A stretch of 64,000 nt of DNA from Rhodopila sp. (GTDB lineage Bacteria; Pseudomonadota; Alphaproteobacteria; Acetobacterales; Acetobacteraceae), in assembly GCA_965277505.1 (NCBI GenBank), contig CBDIDA010000002.1, forward strand, positions 91,629 to 155,628, read 5' to 3'. The notes beneath the pieces are model-generated. The model saw only the letters and a program-made list of their open reading frames with translations. It was not told where the DNA came from and did no database searches. Position numbers and translations under genes: made by a program. Shown piece by piece: positions 38,066 through 48,033 of this stretch. Within the stretch, counting starts at the first letter, position 1. Each line of letters begins with the position of its first letter.

Positions 38066-39274
38066 ATGCTGACCCGCCGTTCAGGCTTACTGGCGTCTGT
38101 CTTGACCTTGACCGGGACGTCTGCGATGGCGCAGAGGCACGTAGGCTTGCATGGCCTGCACAAGGGCAAGGATGCTGCCGCTCCGACCGGCAGCCCGGCT
38201 GATACGCCGTTGGGCGCGGTCGATACCGCCGCGCGATGGGCATACATCCAGGATTTCGACACCGGCGCGCCGCTGTTGGAAAAGCAGGCGGATGAGGAGA
38301 TGCCGCCGTCCTCGATGACCAAGCTGATGACAATGTACTTGGTCTACGATCAGCTTCACCAGGGCCGGATGAAGTTGCAGGATGAGCTGCCGGTGACCGA
38401 GAAGGCCTGGCGGATGCAGGGCTCCAAGATGTTCGTCCAGGTCGGCAGTTCAGTGCGGGTCGAGGACCTGGTCCGCGGTGTGATCGTCCAGTCGGGCAAC
38501 GACGCGGCGATCGTGCTGGCTGAGGCGATCGCCGGATCCGAGGAGCAGTTTGTGGAACGGATGAACGCCAAGGCCAAGGAACTCGGCCTGACGCACTCGT
38601 TCTTCAAGAACTGCACCGGATGGCCGGATCCGGAGCAGCACATGAGCTGCCGCGACATCGCCACGCTGGCCGGTGGCATCATCCGGGAATTTCCCGAGTA
38701 CTATCACTACGACGCTGAAAAGTCTTTCCGTTACAACGGTATCGACCAGGGCAACCGTAACCCGATGGTGCAGAAGGGCACCGCGGACGGGCTGAAGACC
38801 GGCCATACCGAGGCTGGAGGCTATGGCCTGGTGGCCAGTTCCAGGCGTAACGGTCGCCGCGTGATCCTGGTGCTGAACGGTATGGCGTCGATGCATGAAC
38901 GCGCCGAGGAGGCGGAGCGGTTGATGGACTGGGCGTTCGCCAACTATGAGGACGTGACGCTGTTCAGTGCCGCCGACCCAATCGAGCACGTGCCGGTGTG
39001 GCTTGGCGCGGCGCACAGCGTGCCATTGGTCGCCGGACGGGACGTTGTGGTGACAATGCCGCGCAACTGGCGCCAGAAGGCCGCCGTGAAGGTCGGGTAT
39101 GACACGCCGCTGACCGCACCGGTCCGCAAAGGTGAGACGATCGGCAAGCTGACCATCAGTGGTGACGGCGTGCCAAACCTGAATGTGCCGCTGCTGGCGG
39201 CAACCGACGTGCCGCGGCTGGGCCTGCCTGGGCGAGCAATGGCCGTACTGTCGCGATACGTGACCGGGACGTGA
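38066..39274 (+). CDS. D-alanyl-D-alanine carboxypeptidase (peptidase S11, PBP5/6-like)
   Basis: SxxK SSMTKLMT, SxN QSGNDAA and KTG LKTGHT motifs. Signal peptide present. Confidence 0.9.
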   Translation: MLTRRSGLLASVLTLTGTSAMAQRHVGLHGLHKGKDAAAPTGSPADTPLGAVDTAARWAYIQDFDTGAPLLEKQADEEMPPSSMTKLMTMYLVYDQLHQGRMKLQDELPVTEKAWRMQGSKMFVQVGSSVRVEDLVRGVIVQSGNDAAIVLAEAIAGSEEQFVERMNAKAKELGLTHSFFKNCTGWPDPEQHMSCRDIATLAGGIIREFPEYYHYDAEKSFRYNGIDQGNRNPMVQKGTADGLKTGHTEAGGYGLVASSRRNGRRVILVLNGMASMHERAEEAERLMDWAFANYEDVTLFSAADPIEHVPVWLGAAHSVPLVAGRDVVVTMPRNWRQKAAVKVGYDTPLTAPVRKGETIGKLTISGDGVPNLNVPLLAATDVPRLGLPGRAMAVLSRYVTGT

Positions 39275-39888
39275 CGCGGGGCCATTTCATCACGTTGGAG
39301 GGCGGTGAGGGGTCGGGCAAGACGACGCAGTCAGCCCTTCTGGCCGACGCCTTGAAAGCCCGGGGCCGCACCGTTGTACAAACGCGCGAACCTGGCGGGT
39401 CGCCAGGTGCTGAACTGTTGCGGGGCATCCTGCTTGGCGGGCCAGTGGACTGGTCTCCGCAAGCTGAGACGCTGCTGCACTTCGCAGCCCGGGCTGACCA
39501 CGTCGCGCGAACCGTCCGGCCGGCGCTGGAAGCCGGCGCTTGGGTTGTCTGCGACCGGTTCTACGACTCCACGCTGGCCTATCAAGGTCACGGTCAGCGA
39601 GCTGACATCGGCTTCATTGCCGAACAGATCCGGCTGTTGGGGCTGGACCCCGATCTGACCCTGGTTCTGGACGTGCCGGAAGTCGTGGCGATCGAACGGG
39701 TGCGAAATCGTGGCGGCCAGGCAGACCGGTATGAGCGGATGGATCCAGGCTTCCATGCCCGGGTGCGGCAGGCATTCCGTGCAATTGCCGCAGCCGATCG
39801 ACAGCGCTGCGTTCTGGTGGATGCCGCGTCCGCCGTACAGTTGGTTCACAACGTGATCATGCAATCCGTATTCGCGCGGCTGGGCTGA
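39271..39888 (+). CDS. tmk: dTMP kinase
   Basis: Its GTG overlaps the upstream stop. P-loop ITLEGGEGSGKTTQ and the DRF motif VCDRFYDST. Confidence 0.9.
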   Translation: MTRGHFITLEGGEGSGKTTQSALLADALKARGRTVVQTREPGGSPGAELLRGILLGGPVDWSPQAETLLHFAARADHVARTVRPALEAGAWVVCDRFYDSTLAYQGHGQRADIGFIAEQIRLLGLDPDLTLVLDVPEVVAIERVRNRGGQADRYERMDPGFHARVRQAFRAIAAADRQRCVLVDAASAVQLVHNVIMQSVFARLG

Positions 39889-39985
39889 CGAGTCAGGAAG
39901 CTGTTGTCACAAATCCCGGTTAGGTATCGCAGTCAGATGCGGTGCGTTATTGCTCCGGTTCATTGGGATCTGGGCAGGTATCCGT

Positions 39986-41023
39986 ATGCGTATCGTCTCT
40001 ATGGCTGGCCTTGCAGTCACCCTGGGGCTTGCCCTTGCGGGATCGCCGCGAGCCCAGCCGGCAGCCGCCGAACCCGCCTATGGACCGGAACTGCAGGGGT
40101 TCGACTATCCCTGGCCGGTGGCACACTTCCGTCTGGATACGCAGGGGATTACCCTGGACATGGCGTATATGGACGTGAAGCCGGCTGACCCGAACGGCCA
40201 AGTGGCTGTCCTGCTGCATGGCAAGAATTTCTGCGCCGCCACGTGGCAGGACACGATCAAGGCGCTGACCAGTGCCGGTTACCGGGTCATCGCGCCGGAT
40301 CAGATCGGCTTCTGTAAATCCAGCAAGCCGGCGCATTACCAGTACAGCTTTCAGCAACTGGCGGGGAACACCCGAGCCCTGCTGCAATCGCTGAATATCG
40401 GCAAGATGACGCTGGTCGGCCACTCCACTGGTGGGATGTTGGCGATCCGCTATGGGCTGATGTACCCGGATGATGTCAGCCAGCTCGTTCTGGTCGATCC
40501 GATTGGCCTGGAGGACTGGAAGGTCAAGGGTGTCCCATGGCAAAGCGTCGACGCCTGGTACCAGCAGGAGCTGCAGACCTCGGCTGAGCGGATCCGTAAT
40601 TACGAGCGGAGCACGTACTACGCGGGGACGTGGCAGCCCGGGTATGAGATTTGGGTGCAGATGCTGGCCGGGATGTACCACGGCCCTGGGCATGCGGTCG
40701 TCGCCTGGAACTCGGCGCTGCTGTACGACATGATCTATACGCAGCCGGTTGTGTATGAGCTGGCGGACCTGCGGATGCCGGTCCTGCTGATGATTGGCGA
40801 CAAGGATACGACGGCGATCGGCAAGAACCTGGCGCCAGCGGCGATCCGCCCGACCTTGGGCAACTATCCTGCGCTGGGACGTGAGGCCGCCGCGAAGATA
40901 CCAAATGCCCGCCTTGTGGAATTTCCGATGCTCGGCCATGCACCGCAGTTGCAGGATGCAGCGGCGTTTCACCAGGCGTTGCTGGATGGCATGCATGCGG
41001 CGGCGACAGGCAACAGAGATTGA
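39986..41023 (+). CDS. secreted alpha/beta-hydrolase
   Basis: Signal MRIVSMAGLAVTLGLALAGSPRAQ. HGKNF oxyanion region. Nucleophile elbow VGHSTGG. C-terminal GHAPQ. Confidence 0.75.
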   Translation: MRIVSMAGLAVTLGLALAGSPRAQPAAAEPAYGPELQGFDYPWPVAHFRLDTQGITLDMAYMDVKPADPNGQVAVLLHGKNFCAATWQDTIKALTSAGYRVIAPDQIGFCKSSKPAHYQYSFQQLAGNTRALLQSLNIGKMTLVGHSTGGMLAIRYGLMYPDDVSQLVLVDPIGLEDWKVKGVPWQSVDAWYQQELQTSAERIRNYERSTYYAGTWQPGYEIWVQMLAGMYHGPGHAVVAWNSALLYDMIYTQPVVYELADLRMPVLLMIGDKDTTAIGKNLAPAAIRPTLGNYPALGREAAAKIPNARLVEFPMLGHAPQLQDAAAFHQALLDGMHAAATGNRD

Positions 41024-41146
41024 CCTGCGTCGGCCGCCTCCGTATAAGCCGCCGCTTCCGACGGGACCGCATCGCGCGCGCCCGTTGACACGCGTAGAAG
41101 CGGCCAGGCCGTTGCGGCCGTCGTTTATTGGTTTCGGAGATCAGAC

Positions 41147-41281
41147 GTGAAGCGCACCTATCAGCCATCCAAGCTTGTTCGCAAGCGCAGGCACGGCTTC
41201 CGGGCTCGGATGGAGACTGTCGGAGGGCGGAAGGTGCTGGCCAACCGCCGCGCCAAGGGCCGCAAGAAGCTCTCGGCCTAA
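41147..41281 (+). CDS. rpmH: 50S ribosomal protein L34
   Basis: Absent from the ORF track because it is 44 aa with a GTG start. My own translation is [49 protein letters not shown] lies 6 nt upstream. Confidence 0.95.
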   Translation: MKRTYQPSKLVRKRRHGFRARMETVGGRKVLANRRAKGRKKLSA

Positions 41282-41298
41282 GATGTGGTCTCGCTGGT

Positions 41299-41670
41299 AT
41301 GCCGAGCGTGCCAGCCTCGACCGGCCAGCCGGCTGACAGCAAGGCCGGCCGACTAAAGCGGCGGCCTGAGTTCTTGCGAGTCGCTTCGGTTGGGCGGAAG
41401 GCAGCGGTGGGCGGCGTCGTGCTGCAGGCAATGAAGCGAATAGACGACCATCCAGCCCGGCTTGGCTTTACGGTAACAAAGAAAGTTGGCAACGCGGTGG
41501 TGCGCAACCGTACGCGACGCAGGCTGAAGGCAGCGGTCCAGTTGCTGCTGAAGGAGAGACCGATAACCGGCGTTGATCTTGTGCTGATCGGACGCGACAG
41601 CACCAGGACCCGTGATTTCATCGCGTTGCAGGGTGATATCAAGCGCGCGCTGGAGCGAACCGGAGTATGA
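41299..41670 (+). CDS. rnpA: ribonuclease P protein component
   Basis: RLKRRPEFLRV...RLGFTVTKKVGNAVVRNRTRRRLKAA. It follows rpmH directly. Start is uncertain. Confidence 0.85.
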   Translation: MPSVPASTGQPADSKAGRLKRRPEFLRVASVGRKAAVGGVVLQAMKRIDDHPARLGFTVTKKVGNAVVRNRTRRRLKAAVQLLLKERPITGVDLVLIGRDSTRTRDFIALQGDIKRALERTGV

Positions 41671-41954
41671 ACAAGTCGGTTCAGCGGGACGCTTGGCAAA
41701 CCGGGGTGGCGGGCCTGGAGATTGGCGCGATACGCGTCTACCAGTGGACAGTCCGCCCGTTCATTGGCCCGCATTGCCGGTTCTGGCCGAGCTGCAGCGA
41801 ATATGCTGTTGAGGCGCTGCGTCGGCATGGTCCGCTGGCGGGAACGGCGATGGCAGCAAGGCGGATCTTGCGCTGCAATCCGTGGCATGAAGGCGGTGTT
41901 GATCCGGTGCCTGAACATCAGGCGGCACGGACAAACCGGAATATGAGGCATTGA
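41667..41954 (+). CDS. yidD: membrane protein insertion efficiency factor YidD
   Basis: YQWTVRPFIGPHCRFWPSCSEYAVEALRRHG...RILRCNPW. ATGA overlap with rnpA. Confidence 0.9.
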   Translation: MNKSVQRDAWQTGVAGLEIGAIRVYQWTVRPFIGPHCRFWPSCSEYAVEALRRHGPLAGTAMAARRILRCNPWHEGGVDPVPEHQAARTNRNMRH

Positions 41955-43687
41955 TGGACCAGAAGCGGCTTTTCCTGGCGATTGCGGTTTCATTGGCGAT
42001 CCTGCTGGGCTTTCAGATGCTAATCGCGCCGCATCTGCCAAAGCCGCCGGCACGTCAGATCGCACAGACCGCTGAGCACCCTGTGACCACCCCATTGGAG
42101 GGTGCACCCGGCGCAGCGGTGCCCCCAGCACCGGTGGTCGAGCCACGCGATGTGCCACGGGTGAAGATCGATGCTCCCAGCGTCGAGGGCTCGATCAATC
42201 TGCTCGGCGCCAAGCTGGATGACCTGGTGCTGAAGGATTACCGTGAGGACATTGCGCCAAATTCGCCGTTGGTGCGCCTGCTGGAGCCGCGGTCGGACGA
42301 TCACCCGTATTATATTCAGTATGGCTGGACGGCCGCTCCGAATGAGAAGACGAAGCTGCCGGACAACAATACAATCTGGAAGGCGTCCGCCGAGGAGATC
42401 GCGCCGGGCAAGCCGGTGACGCTGTCTTGGGACAACGGGGCGGGGCTGACGTTTGAGATCGGCTTCTCGGTTGACGACCACTACATGTTCACCGTCAGCC
42501 AGGCTGTGCGCAACGCCACCGGTCAGCCGGTGAAGCTGTTCCCCTGGTCGCGCATCCGCCGCGACTACAAGCCTGTGGTCGCCGGCTATTATGTCCTGTT
42601 CGAGGGTCTGCTGGGCGTTGTCGACGGCACGCTGCAGGAGACGTCCTATGACAAGGCGAAGTCAGAAGGGCAGAAGCGCGATGGACTTGCCTATGACGCC
42701 GCCACCACCGGCGGCTGGGCCGGCATCACCGACAAATACTGGCTGACATCGGTCATCCCGGACCAGACACTGTCGACGAAGGTCAATTTCCGCCACCTGG
42801 ATGACCATGGCGACCGCTATCAGGTAGACACCATCAGCACCGATCCGGTGACCACACCCGCCAATGGCGACGTGACGATGATCAGCCATGTCTTCGCTGG
42901 CGCCAAGGTGGTGACGTTGCTGGACCGCTATCAGAGTCAATTGCATATCCCGAGTTTCGATAAGGCGGTGGACTTCGGCTGGTTCTACTTCCTGACCAAG
43001 CCGATCTTTTTCGCGCTGGATTTCCTGAACAGCGTGCTGGGCAATTTCGGCCTGGCAATCATGGTGTTCACCGTTTTCGTAAAGGCTTTGTTCTTTCCGC
43101 TGGCCAACTACTCCTATCGGTCCATGAGCAAGATGAAGCTGCTGGCGCCGAAGATGACTGCGCTGCGTGAGCGGCTGAAGGACGATCCGCAGAAGATGCA
43201 GCAGGAGATGATGCAGTTGTATCGGGCGGAGAAGGTTAATCCGGCATCAGGCTGCTTGCCGATGGTGGTGCAGATCCCGGTGTTCTTCTCGCTATACAAG
43301 GTGATCTTTGTCACCATCGAGATGCGCCAGGCGCCGTTCTTCGGCTGGATCCATGACCTGTCGCAGGTGGATCCGACCAACGTGTTCAACCTGTTCGGCC
43401 TGATCCCCGTCAATCCGGCGGCGTATGTGTCGCTTCTGCATCTTGGCGCGTGGCCGCTGATCATGGGTTGCACGATGTTCCTGCAGCAGAAGATGAACCC
43501 GCCACCCCCCGATCCCGTGCAGGCCAGGCTGTTTCAGTTCATGCCGATCATCTTTACCTTCATGATGGCGAAATTCCCGGCGGGGCTGATTATTTACTGG
43601 AGCTGGAACAACACCCTGTCGGTTGCACAACAATGGTTGATCCAACGCCGCACCCGCCTGGCCAAGCCTTCGCTGGCCAGGACCTGA
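41954..43687 (+). CDS. yidC: membrane protein insertase YidC
   Basis: 577 aa. N-terminal TM, a large periplasmic domain, and a C-terminal 60-kDa IMP core (GCLPMVVQIPVFFSLY, PAGLIIYWSWNN). Confidence 0.95.
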   Translation: MDQKRLFLAIAVSLAILLGFQMLIAPHLPKPPARQIAQTAEHPVTTPLEGAPGAAVPPAPVVEPRDVPRVKIDAPSVEGSINLLGAKLDDLVLKDYREDIAPNSPLVRLLEPRSDDHPYYIQYGWTAAPNEKTKLPDNNTIWKASAEEIAPGKPVTLSWDNGAGLTFEIGFSVDDHYMFTVSQAVRNATGQPVKLFPWSRIRRDYKPVVAGYYVLFEGLLGVVDGTLQETSYDKAKSEGQKRDGLAYDAATTGGWAGITDKYWLTSVIPDQTLSTKVNFRHLDDHGDRYQVDTISTDPVTTPANGDVTMISHVFAGAKVVTLLDRYQSQLHIPSFDKAVDFGWFYFLTKPIFFALDFLNSVLGNFGLAIMVFTVFVKALFFPLANYSYRSMSKMKLLAPKMTALRERLKDDPQKMQQEMMQLYRAEKVNPASGCLPMVVQIPVFFSLYKVIFVTIEMRQAPFFGWIHDLSQVDPTNVFNLFGLIPVNPAAYVSLLHLGAWPLIMGCTMFLQQKMNPPPPDPVQARLFQFMPIIFTFMMAKFPAGLIIYWSWNNTLSVAQQWLIQRRTRLAKPSLART

Positions 43688-44319
43688 CCGCGGACGAAAC
43701 GGCGGCGGCGCTGGAGGCTGGCCGCCTGTTGTTCGCGGCCGAATGCAGGTTCTTCTTCGGTGCGCAAACACTGGATCATCTGCCGCCCCTAGGGGCCAAT
43801 GAAGTTGCGTTCGCAGGCCGCTCGAACGTCGGCAAATCCTCGTTGCTGAACGCGCTGACCAACAGAGGTGGGCTGGCGCGGGTCTCTTCGGAACCAGGTC
43901 GGACGCGCCAGCTCAATTTTTTTGACCTGGGGCAGCGGCTGGTTCTGGTCGACATGCCGGGCTATGGCTACGCACGGGCGTCAAAGGAGATCAAGGCTGA
44001 CTGGCAAGGCATGATGTTCGACTATCTGCGCGGCCGTCCTAACCTACGCCGAGTCATGCTGTTGCTTGACGCGAGGATCGAGTTCAAGCAGGCCGACCAT
44101 GATGTTATGGATTTGCTGGACCGAGCGGCGGTCACCTATCAGGTCGTGCTGACCAAGATCGACAGCGTCAAACCCGTCGCCCTGCAACGGAAACGCCAGG
44201 CGACAGAGTCAATCGTCCAGTCGCACGCCGCGGCATTCCCACGCATAGTCTCGACCAGCAGTGAAACCGGTGACGGCATCGCCGCGCTCAGGGCAGAGTT
44301 GGCGATGCTGGCGGCGTGA
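43633..44319 (+). CDS. engB: ribosome-biogenesis GTPase YihA/EngB
   Basis: G1 AGRSNVGKSSLLN, G3 DMPGYG, G4 TKID. The start is uncertain: the ATG at 43633 overlaps yidC by 55 nt, and a later TTG is possible. Confidence 0.85.
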   Translation: MVDPTPHPPGQAFAGQDLTADETAAALEAGRLLFAAECRFFFGAQTLDHLPPLGANEVAFAGRSNVGKSSLLNALTNRGGLARVSSEPGRTRQLNFFDLGQRLVLVDMPGYGYARASKEIKADWQGMMFDYLRGRPNLRRVMLLLDARIEFKQADHDVMDLLDRAAVTYQVVLTKIDSVKPVALQRKRQATESIVQSHAAAFPRIVSTSSETGDGIAALRAELAMLAA

Positions 44320-44355
44320 GGCCGGTTCGGCCCGGGCATCTGAGAGGAAGCAATT

Positions 44356-46464
44356 ATGGCAAAGCGCAGCACGAATCCAGCTCGGGTGAAGAAGCCGGAC
44401 GAGGCCGCCAGCTTGCTGCGCCAATTGGCGGAGATGATGCTTGCCGACCATTTCTTCGATCCCGACAACGAGCAGGCTTACAAGCGGCTGCTTTCACAGA
44501 AGCGACCTGACGTGACGGGGGAGATCCTGCTGGATGAGGAGACGCTTGAGGTTGGCGGCTTGGACTGCACGCTGCGCATTGAAGCGCTGCGAAGCTGGAC
44601 GCAGTTCCGCGTGGTGATCATCCATCCGGCGTTTACCGCCTCGGTCGAGGGCGCATGGAGCTTCGAAAAGGAGGCGTTGGGCAACGTCAAAGTCACCCGG
44701 ACCGGCAAGGCTGACAAGGTTGAGGCCACGATTGAGGCTTTGATCCAGGCAATTGACGGCGACGGGCTGGATGATGAGGAATTCGCGGACTTTCTGCAGG
44801 GACTGGATGACGACGGATCTGTTCCATTAATTGGCGACAATCCGGCTGAGCCTCCAGCGGCTACAGCAATGGATCGCAACCGGCTGAAGGCCGTCATCAA
44901 GCGCGTCTGCCGCAGACCAGAGGCCGGGCTGAACCTGGAAGATCGCGGCTGGCTGGAGCAGACACCACAACTGCTGCCGGCAATCATCGACGGGTTGATT
45001 GATGCGGTCCGCAGCAAGGTCCGCAACGCTATGGTGGTGGAGACATACCAGATGCTGCTGTCGCTGGAGCTGGAGTTTGTCCGCTATCGGCAGGACCGCG
45101 GCTGGGACTGGGCAACCGCCATGCTGGAGGAGTACCAGCGACGGCTGATTGAACTTGGTATGGACGATACCGTATCGCGCGCAGACTGGTTCGGCATGTG
45201 CGCGGCGTTGACCGAGGCGCGCGTGCCGGTCAGCGATGCCATGCAGACCGCCCTGGCGGAAGCCGGCTTTAAGCCGGACGAGCTAGCCCAGCCGCCCGAC
45301 GAGATGATGCGAATGCTGCGCCAGTTCATGGACCAGTTGGCCGGCATGGTTGATTCCGCCTTTGAGGTAATCGACGCGCTGCACAGCTCTGCAGCCCTGC
45401 TGCCAGCGGCGCTGCGCAGCTTTCTGGCGACCGAGCTGGCACTTTCGCCGCATGAGGTGTTGCGGGATGCCGTGCCGCTGCTGCTGCTGGATGAAGACTC
45501 GGCGGTGCGCATGGCCGCCGCGGGCGCACTGGAGCAGATCGCGCATCCCAGCACACTGTCGCCGGATGCGCTGCGGCGGTCGATCATCCTTCGAAACTGG
45601 CTGCCGATGACGGATCGGCCGAGACTGGACGTAGCCATCCGCAAGGCGCGACTGGCTGGCGTCGAGATCGGCGCATGGCCGGAACCGGCGCGTGATCTTG
45701 AGTTCCACGCGTCAATGATCGACGGATCAGGTGCGCAGAGCATCCTGGGTGTCAGCCGATCCGGCAAACATGGCGTGTTTGCCGGGTTGCTGATCCGGCA
45801 TGGCACGGGGGTGGTCGATGGCTGGGCGGACCATGACTTGGCGCGTAGCAAGATCAGCAAGCTGCTGCGCGAAGCTCAGATGGCGGCGCCAAGCGTACGG
45901 GTGGACAAGGCGTTCGTCGACATGACGGTGCAGCACGCAGTCAGCACCTCGGTTGGGCAGAACGGCGTGCCGCCGACCACGCTGCTGGAAATGGCGGAGC
46001 TGTTCGGCGGCACCGAGTGGCGTGACCGCCGCCTGGATGCCATGGCCGAGGCAGACCGGATGTTCGTGGCACTGGAGGCAGCCAACCAGACGCCGGAGGG
46101 CGTCGAGGCCGCCTATCGGCGCGGCATCGAATGGATGGCGAAGGACGAAGTTTTCGGCACTTGGTTTGAAGATGGGCCGCAGGTGCATAAAGCCTTGGCC
46201 CCGTTGCCCCGTACCGATCAAGTCGGCATGACAGCAGTGGTCATGCAAGAGATCCTGCCCGCGAAACGCGCGCAGTGGACGGAGCGTTTCCTGATGCTGG
46301 CGCTATGGTGTGAGGCTGCAACCGACACGAGGCTGCGTCACCGGGTGCCCGATCTGGTGCCGGTGGTGCATGCTTTGGCCAAACAGACGCCGATCAACGC
46401 CATTCCGGCTATGCGTATGATCGCCGCGCAGACGGTGCGCGCTGCCCTGCTGGGCGGTTGGTAG
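44356..46464 (+). CDS. large hypothetical protein (702 aa) with an acidic linker and HEAT-like repeat region
   Basis: A good RBS (GAGAGGAAG) lies upstream. I recognise no catalytic motif. There is an acidic stretch DGDGLDDEEFADFLQGLDDDGS. HEAT-like segment: VPLLLLDEDSAVRMAAAGALEQIAHP. Confidence 0.6.
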   Translation: MAKRSTNPARVKKPDEAASLLRQLAEMMLADHFFDPDNEQAYKRLLSQKRPDVTGEILLDEETLEVGGLDCTLRIEALRSWTQFRVVIIHPAFTASVEGAWSFEKEALGNVKVTRTGKADKVEATIEALIQAIDGDGLDDEEFADFLQGLDDDGSVPLIGDNPAEPPAATAMDRNRLKAVIKRVCRRPEAGLNLEDRGWLEQTPQLLPAIIDGLIDAVRSKVRNAMVVETYQMLLSLELEFVRYRQDRGWDWATAMLEEYQRRLIELGMDDTVSRADWFGMCAALTEARVPVSDAMQTALAEAGFKPDELAQPPDEMMRMLRQFMDQLAGMVDSAFEVIDALHSSAALLPAALRSFLATELALSPHEVLRDAVPLLLLDEDSAVRMAAAGALEQIAHPSTLSPDALRRSIILRNWLPMTDRPRLDVAIRKARLAGVEIGAWPEPARDLEFHASMIDGSGAQSILGVSRSGKHGVFAGLLIRHGTGVVDGWADHDLARSKISKLLREAQMAAPSVRVDKAFVDMTVQHAVSTSVGQNGVPPTTLLEMAELFGGTEWRDRRLDAMAEADRMFVALEAANQTPEGVEAAYRRGIEWMAKDEVFGTWFEDGPQVHKALAPLPRTDQVGMTAVVMQEILPAKRAQWTERFLMLALWCEAATDTRLRHRVPDLVPVVHALAKQTPINAIPAMRMIAAQTVRAALLGGW

Positions 46465-46528
46465 TCAGCAGGATTGACCAGGCGCCGCCGCACCCGGAGA
46501 CTTGGCGAACCATCAGGTGGAGGAAGCC

Positions 46529-47977
46529 ATGCCGGCGCGCACGGGTGCACAGTATCTGGCCGGAGTGCGCGAACGCCAGACTGAGGTATGGCTGCGTGGT
46601 GAGCGCGTCGCCGACGTAACCACCCATCCGGGCCTTGCGGGTGGCGCACAAGCAATCGCCTCATTGTATGATCAGCAGAGCGATCCTGCCCTGCAGGAGG
46701 CGATGACATTCTGCTGCCCTGACAGTGGTGACCGACTCGGGCTGTCGTTCATCATTCCCCGGACACGTGAGGATCTGGTGCGGCGGCGGGTGATGATGCT
46801 GAACTGGGCCCGCTCGACCTGCGGCATGATGGGCCGCTCCCCCGATTTCATGAATGTCACCTTCGCCTGCTGGGCCGGAGCGGCAAGCTACTTTGGTCGC
46901 GGCAGGCCGGCGTTTGCCGAGAATATGCGGCGCTACTACCGCTACATCGCCGAGAATGACCTCGTGCTGACCCACGCGCTGATCAATCTGCAGCGAAGCC
47001 GCCACGTCAGCGGGATGTTCAATCTGCAGGAAGGCACGGCACTGCAAGTGGTACGGGAAAGCTCCAAGGGGCTTGTGGTGCGCGGCGCCCGCGTGCTGGC
47101 GACATTGGGTCCGTTGGCCGATGAGATCGCCGTCTACTCGCCCCGGCTGGCGCAGCATCAGGACCATGCCAGCCCATTCGCGCTGAACTTTGCCATCCCG
47201 TGCGACACCCCTGGTCTGCGCTTTCTATGCCGCGACAGTTTCGATCAGGGCAAGACATCGTTCGATCATCCGCTTGGATCGCGCTTTGAGGAGATGGACA
47301 GCATCGTCTTTTTCGACGACGTGCTGGTCCCGTGGGAGCGGGTGTTCATCCATGGCGACGTCGGGCTGTTGAACGGGACGGCATCGGTAACGCACTCATC
47401 GGCGCATACCGCGCATCAGGGCTGTGCCAAGAACCTCGCCAAGTGCGAGCTGGTGCTGGGGGTGGCGTTGCTGGTGACCGAGACACTGGGGAATGCGCAT
47501 CTGCCACATGCCGAGGAACGGATCGGCGAACTGGTGATGTACACCGAGCTGATGCGGGCATGCATGCGGGCGGCCGAGGCGGATGCAGAGCTGGATGAAT
47601 GGGGCGTGATGTGCCCTGCCCCGCTGCCGGCGGAAACCACGCGTAACCTGTTCATGACGGCATATCCCCGGATGGTGGAGATCCTGCAGCTACTGGGTTC
47701 GTCAAGCCTGATGATCCTGCCGACCGAAGCGGACATGCGGGGCACCCTGGCCAAGCCGATAGAGCAGTACCTGGCGACCGACACCAGCTCCGCCCACGCC
47801 CGGGTCAAGCTGTTTCACCTGGCATGGGATATCGCCTGCAGCTCGTTCGGCAGCCGGCAGGTGCTGTACGAACGTTTCTTTGCCAGCGATCCGCTGACGC
47901 GGGCCCGGACGCTGGCCTCGATGTTTCCCAAGCAGCAGGTCACCGATCGGGTATTGGACTTCCTTGGCCGAGACTAG
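46529..47977 (+). CDS. 4-hydroxyphenylacetate 3-monooxygenase oxygenase-component (HpaB) family protein
   Basis: N-terminus MPARTGAQYLAGVRERQTEVWLRGERVADVTTHP and the length (482 aa) are typical of the HpaB/group-D flavin monooxygenase family. No reductase partner is adjacent. Confidence 0.7.
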   Translation: MPARTGAQYLAGVRERQTEVWLRGERVADVTTHPGLAGGAQAIASLYDQQSDPALQEAMTFCCPDSGDRLGLSFIIPRTREDLVRRRVMMLNWARSTCGMMGRSPDFMNVTFACWAGAASYFGRGRPAFAENMRRYYRYIAENDLVLTHALINLQRSRHVSGMFNLQEGTALQVVRESSKGLVVRGARVLATLGPLADEIAVYSPRLAQHQDHASPFALNFAIPCDTPGLRFLCRDSFDQGKTSFDHPLGSRFEEMDSIVFFDDVLVPWERVFIHGDVGLLNGTASVTHSSAHTAHQGCAKNLAKCELVLGVALLVTETLGNAHLPHAEERIGELVMYTELMRACMRAAEADAELDEWGVMCPAPLPAETTRNLFMTAYPRMVEILQLLGSSSLMILPTEADMRGTLAKPIEQYLATDTSSAHARVKLFHLAWDIACSSFGSRQVLYERFFASDPLTRARTLASMFPKQQVTDRVLDFLGRD

Positions 47978-48033
47978 AGCGTGATCCGCGCAGGTGGCAT
48001 CGCACGGAGCGGTGAATCACGCGATCAAACAAC

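Noticed and set aside
40524-42158. 544-aa minus-strand ORF running antisense across the hydrolase, rpmH, rnpA, yidD and yidC genes
   Set aside because: It crosses several unambiguous, conserved plus-strand genes and intergenic gaps. Its composition is Pro/Arg/Ala/Ser-rich, typical of out-of-frame high-GC translation.
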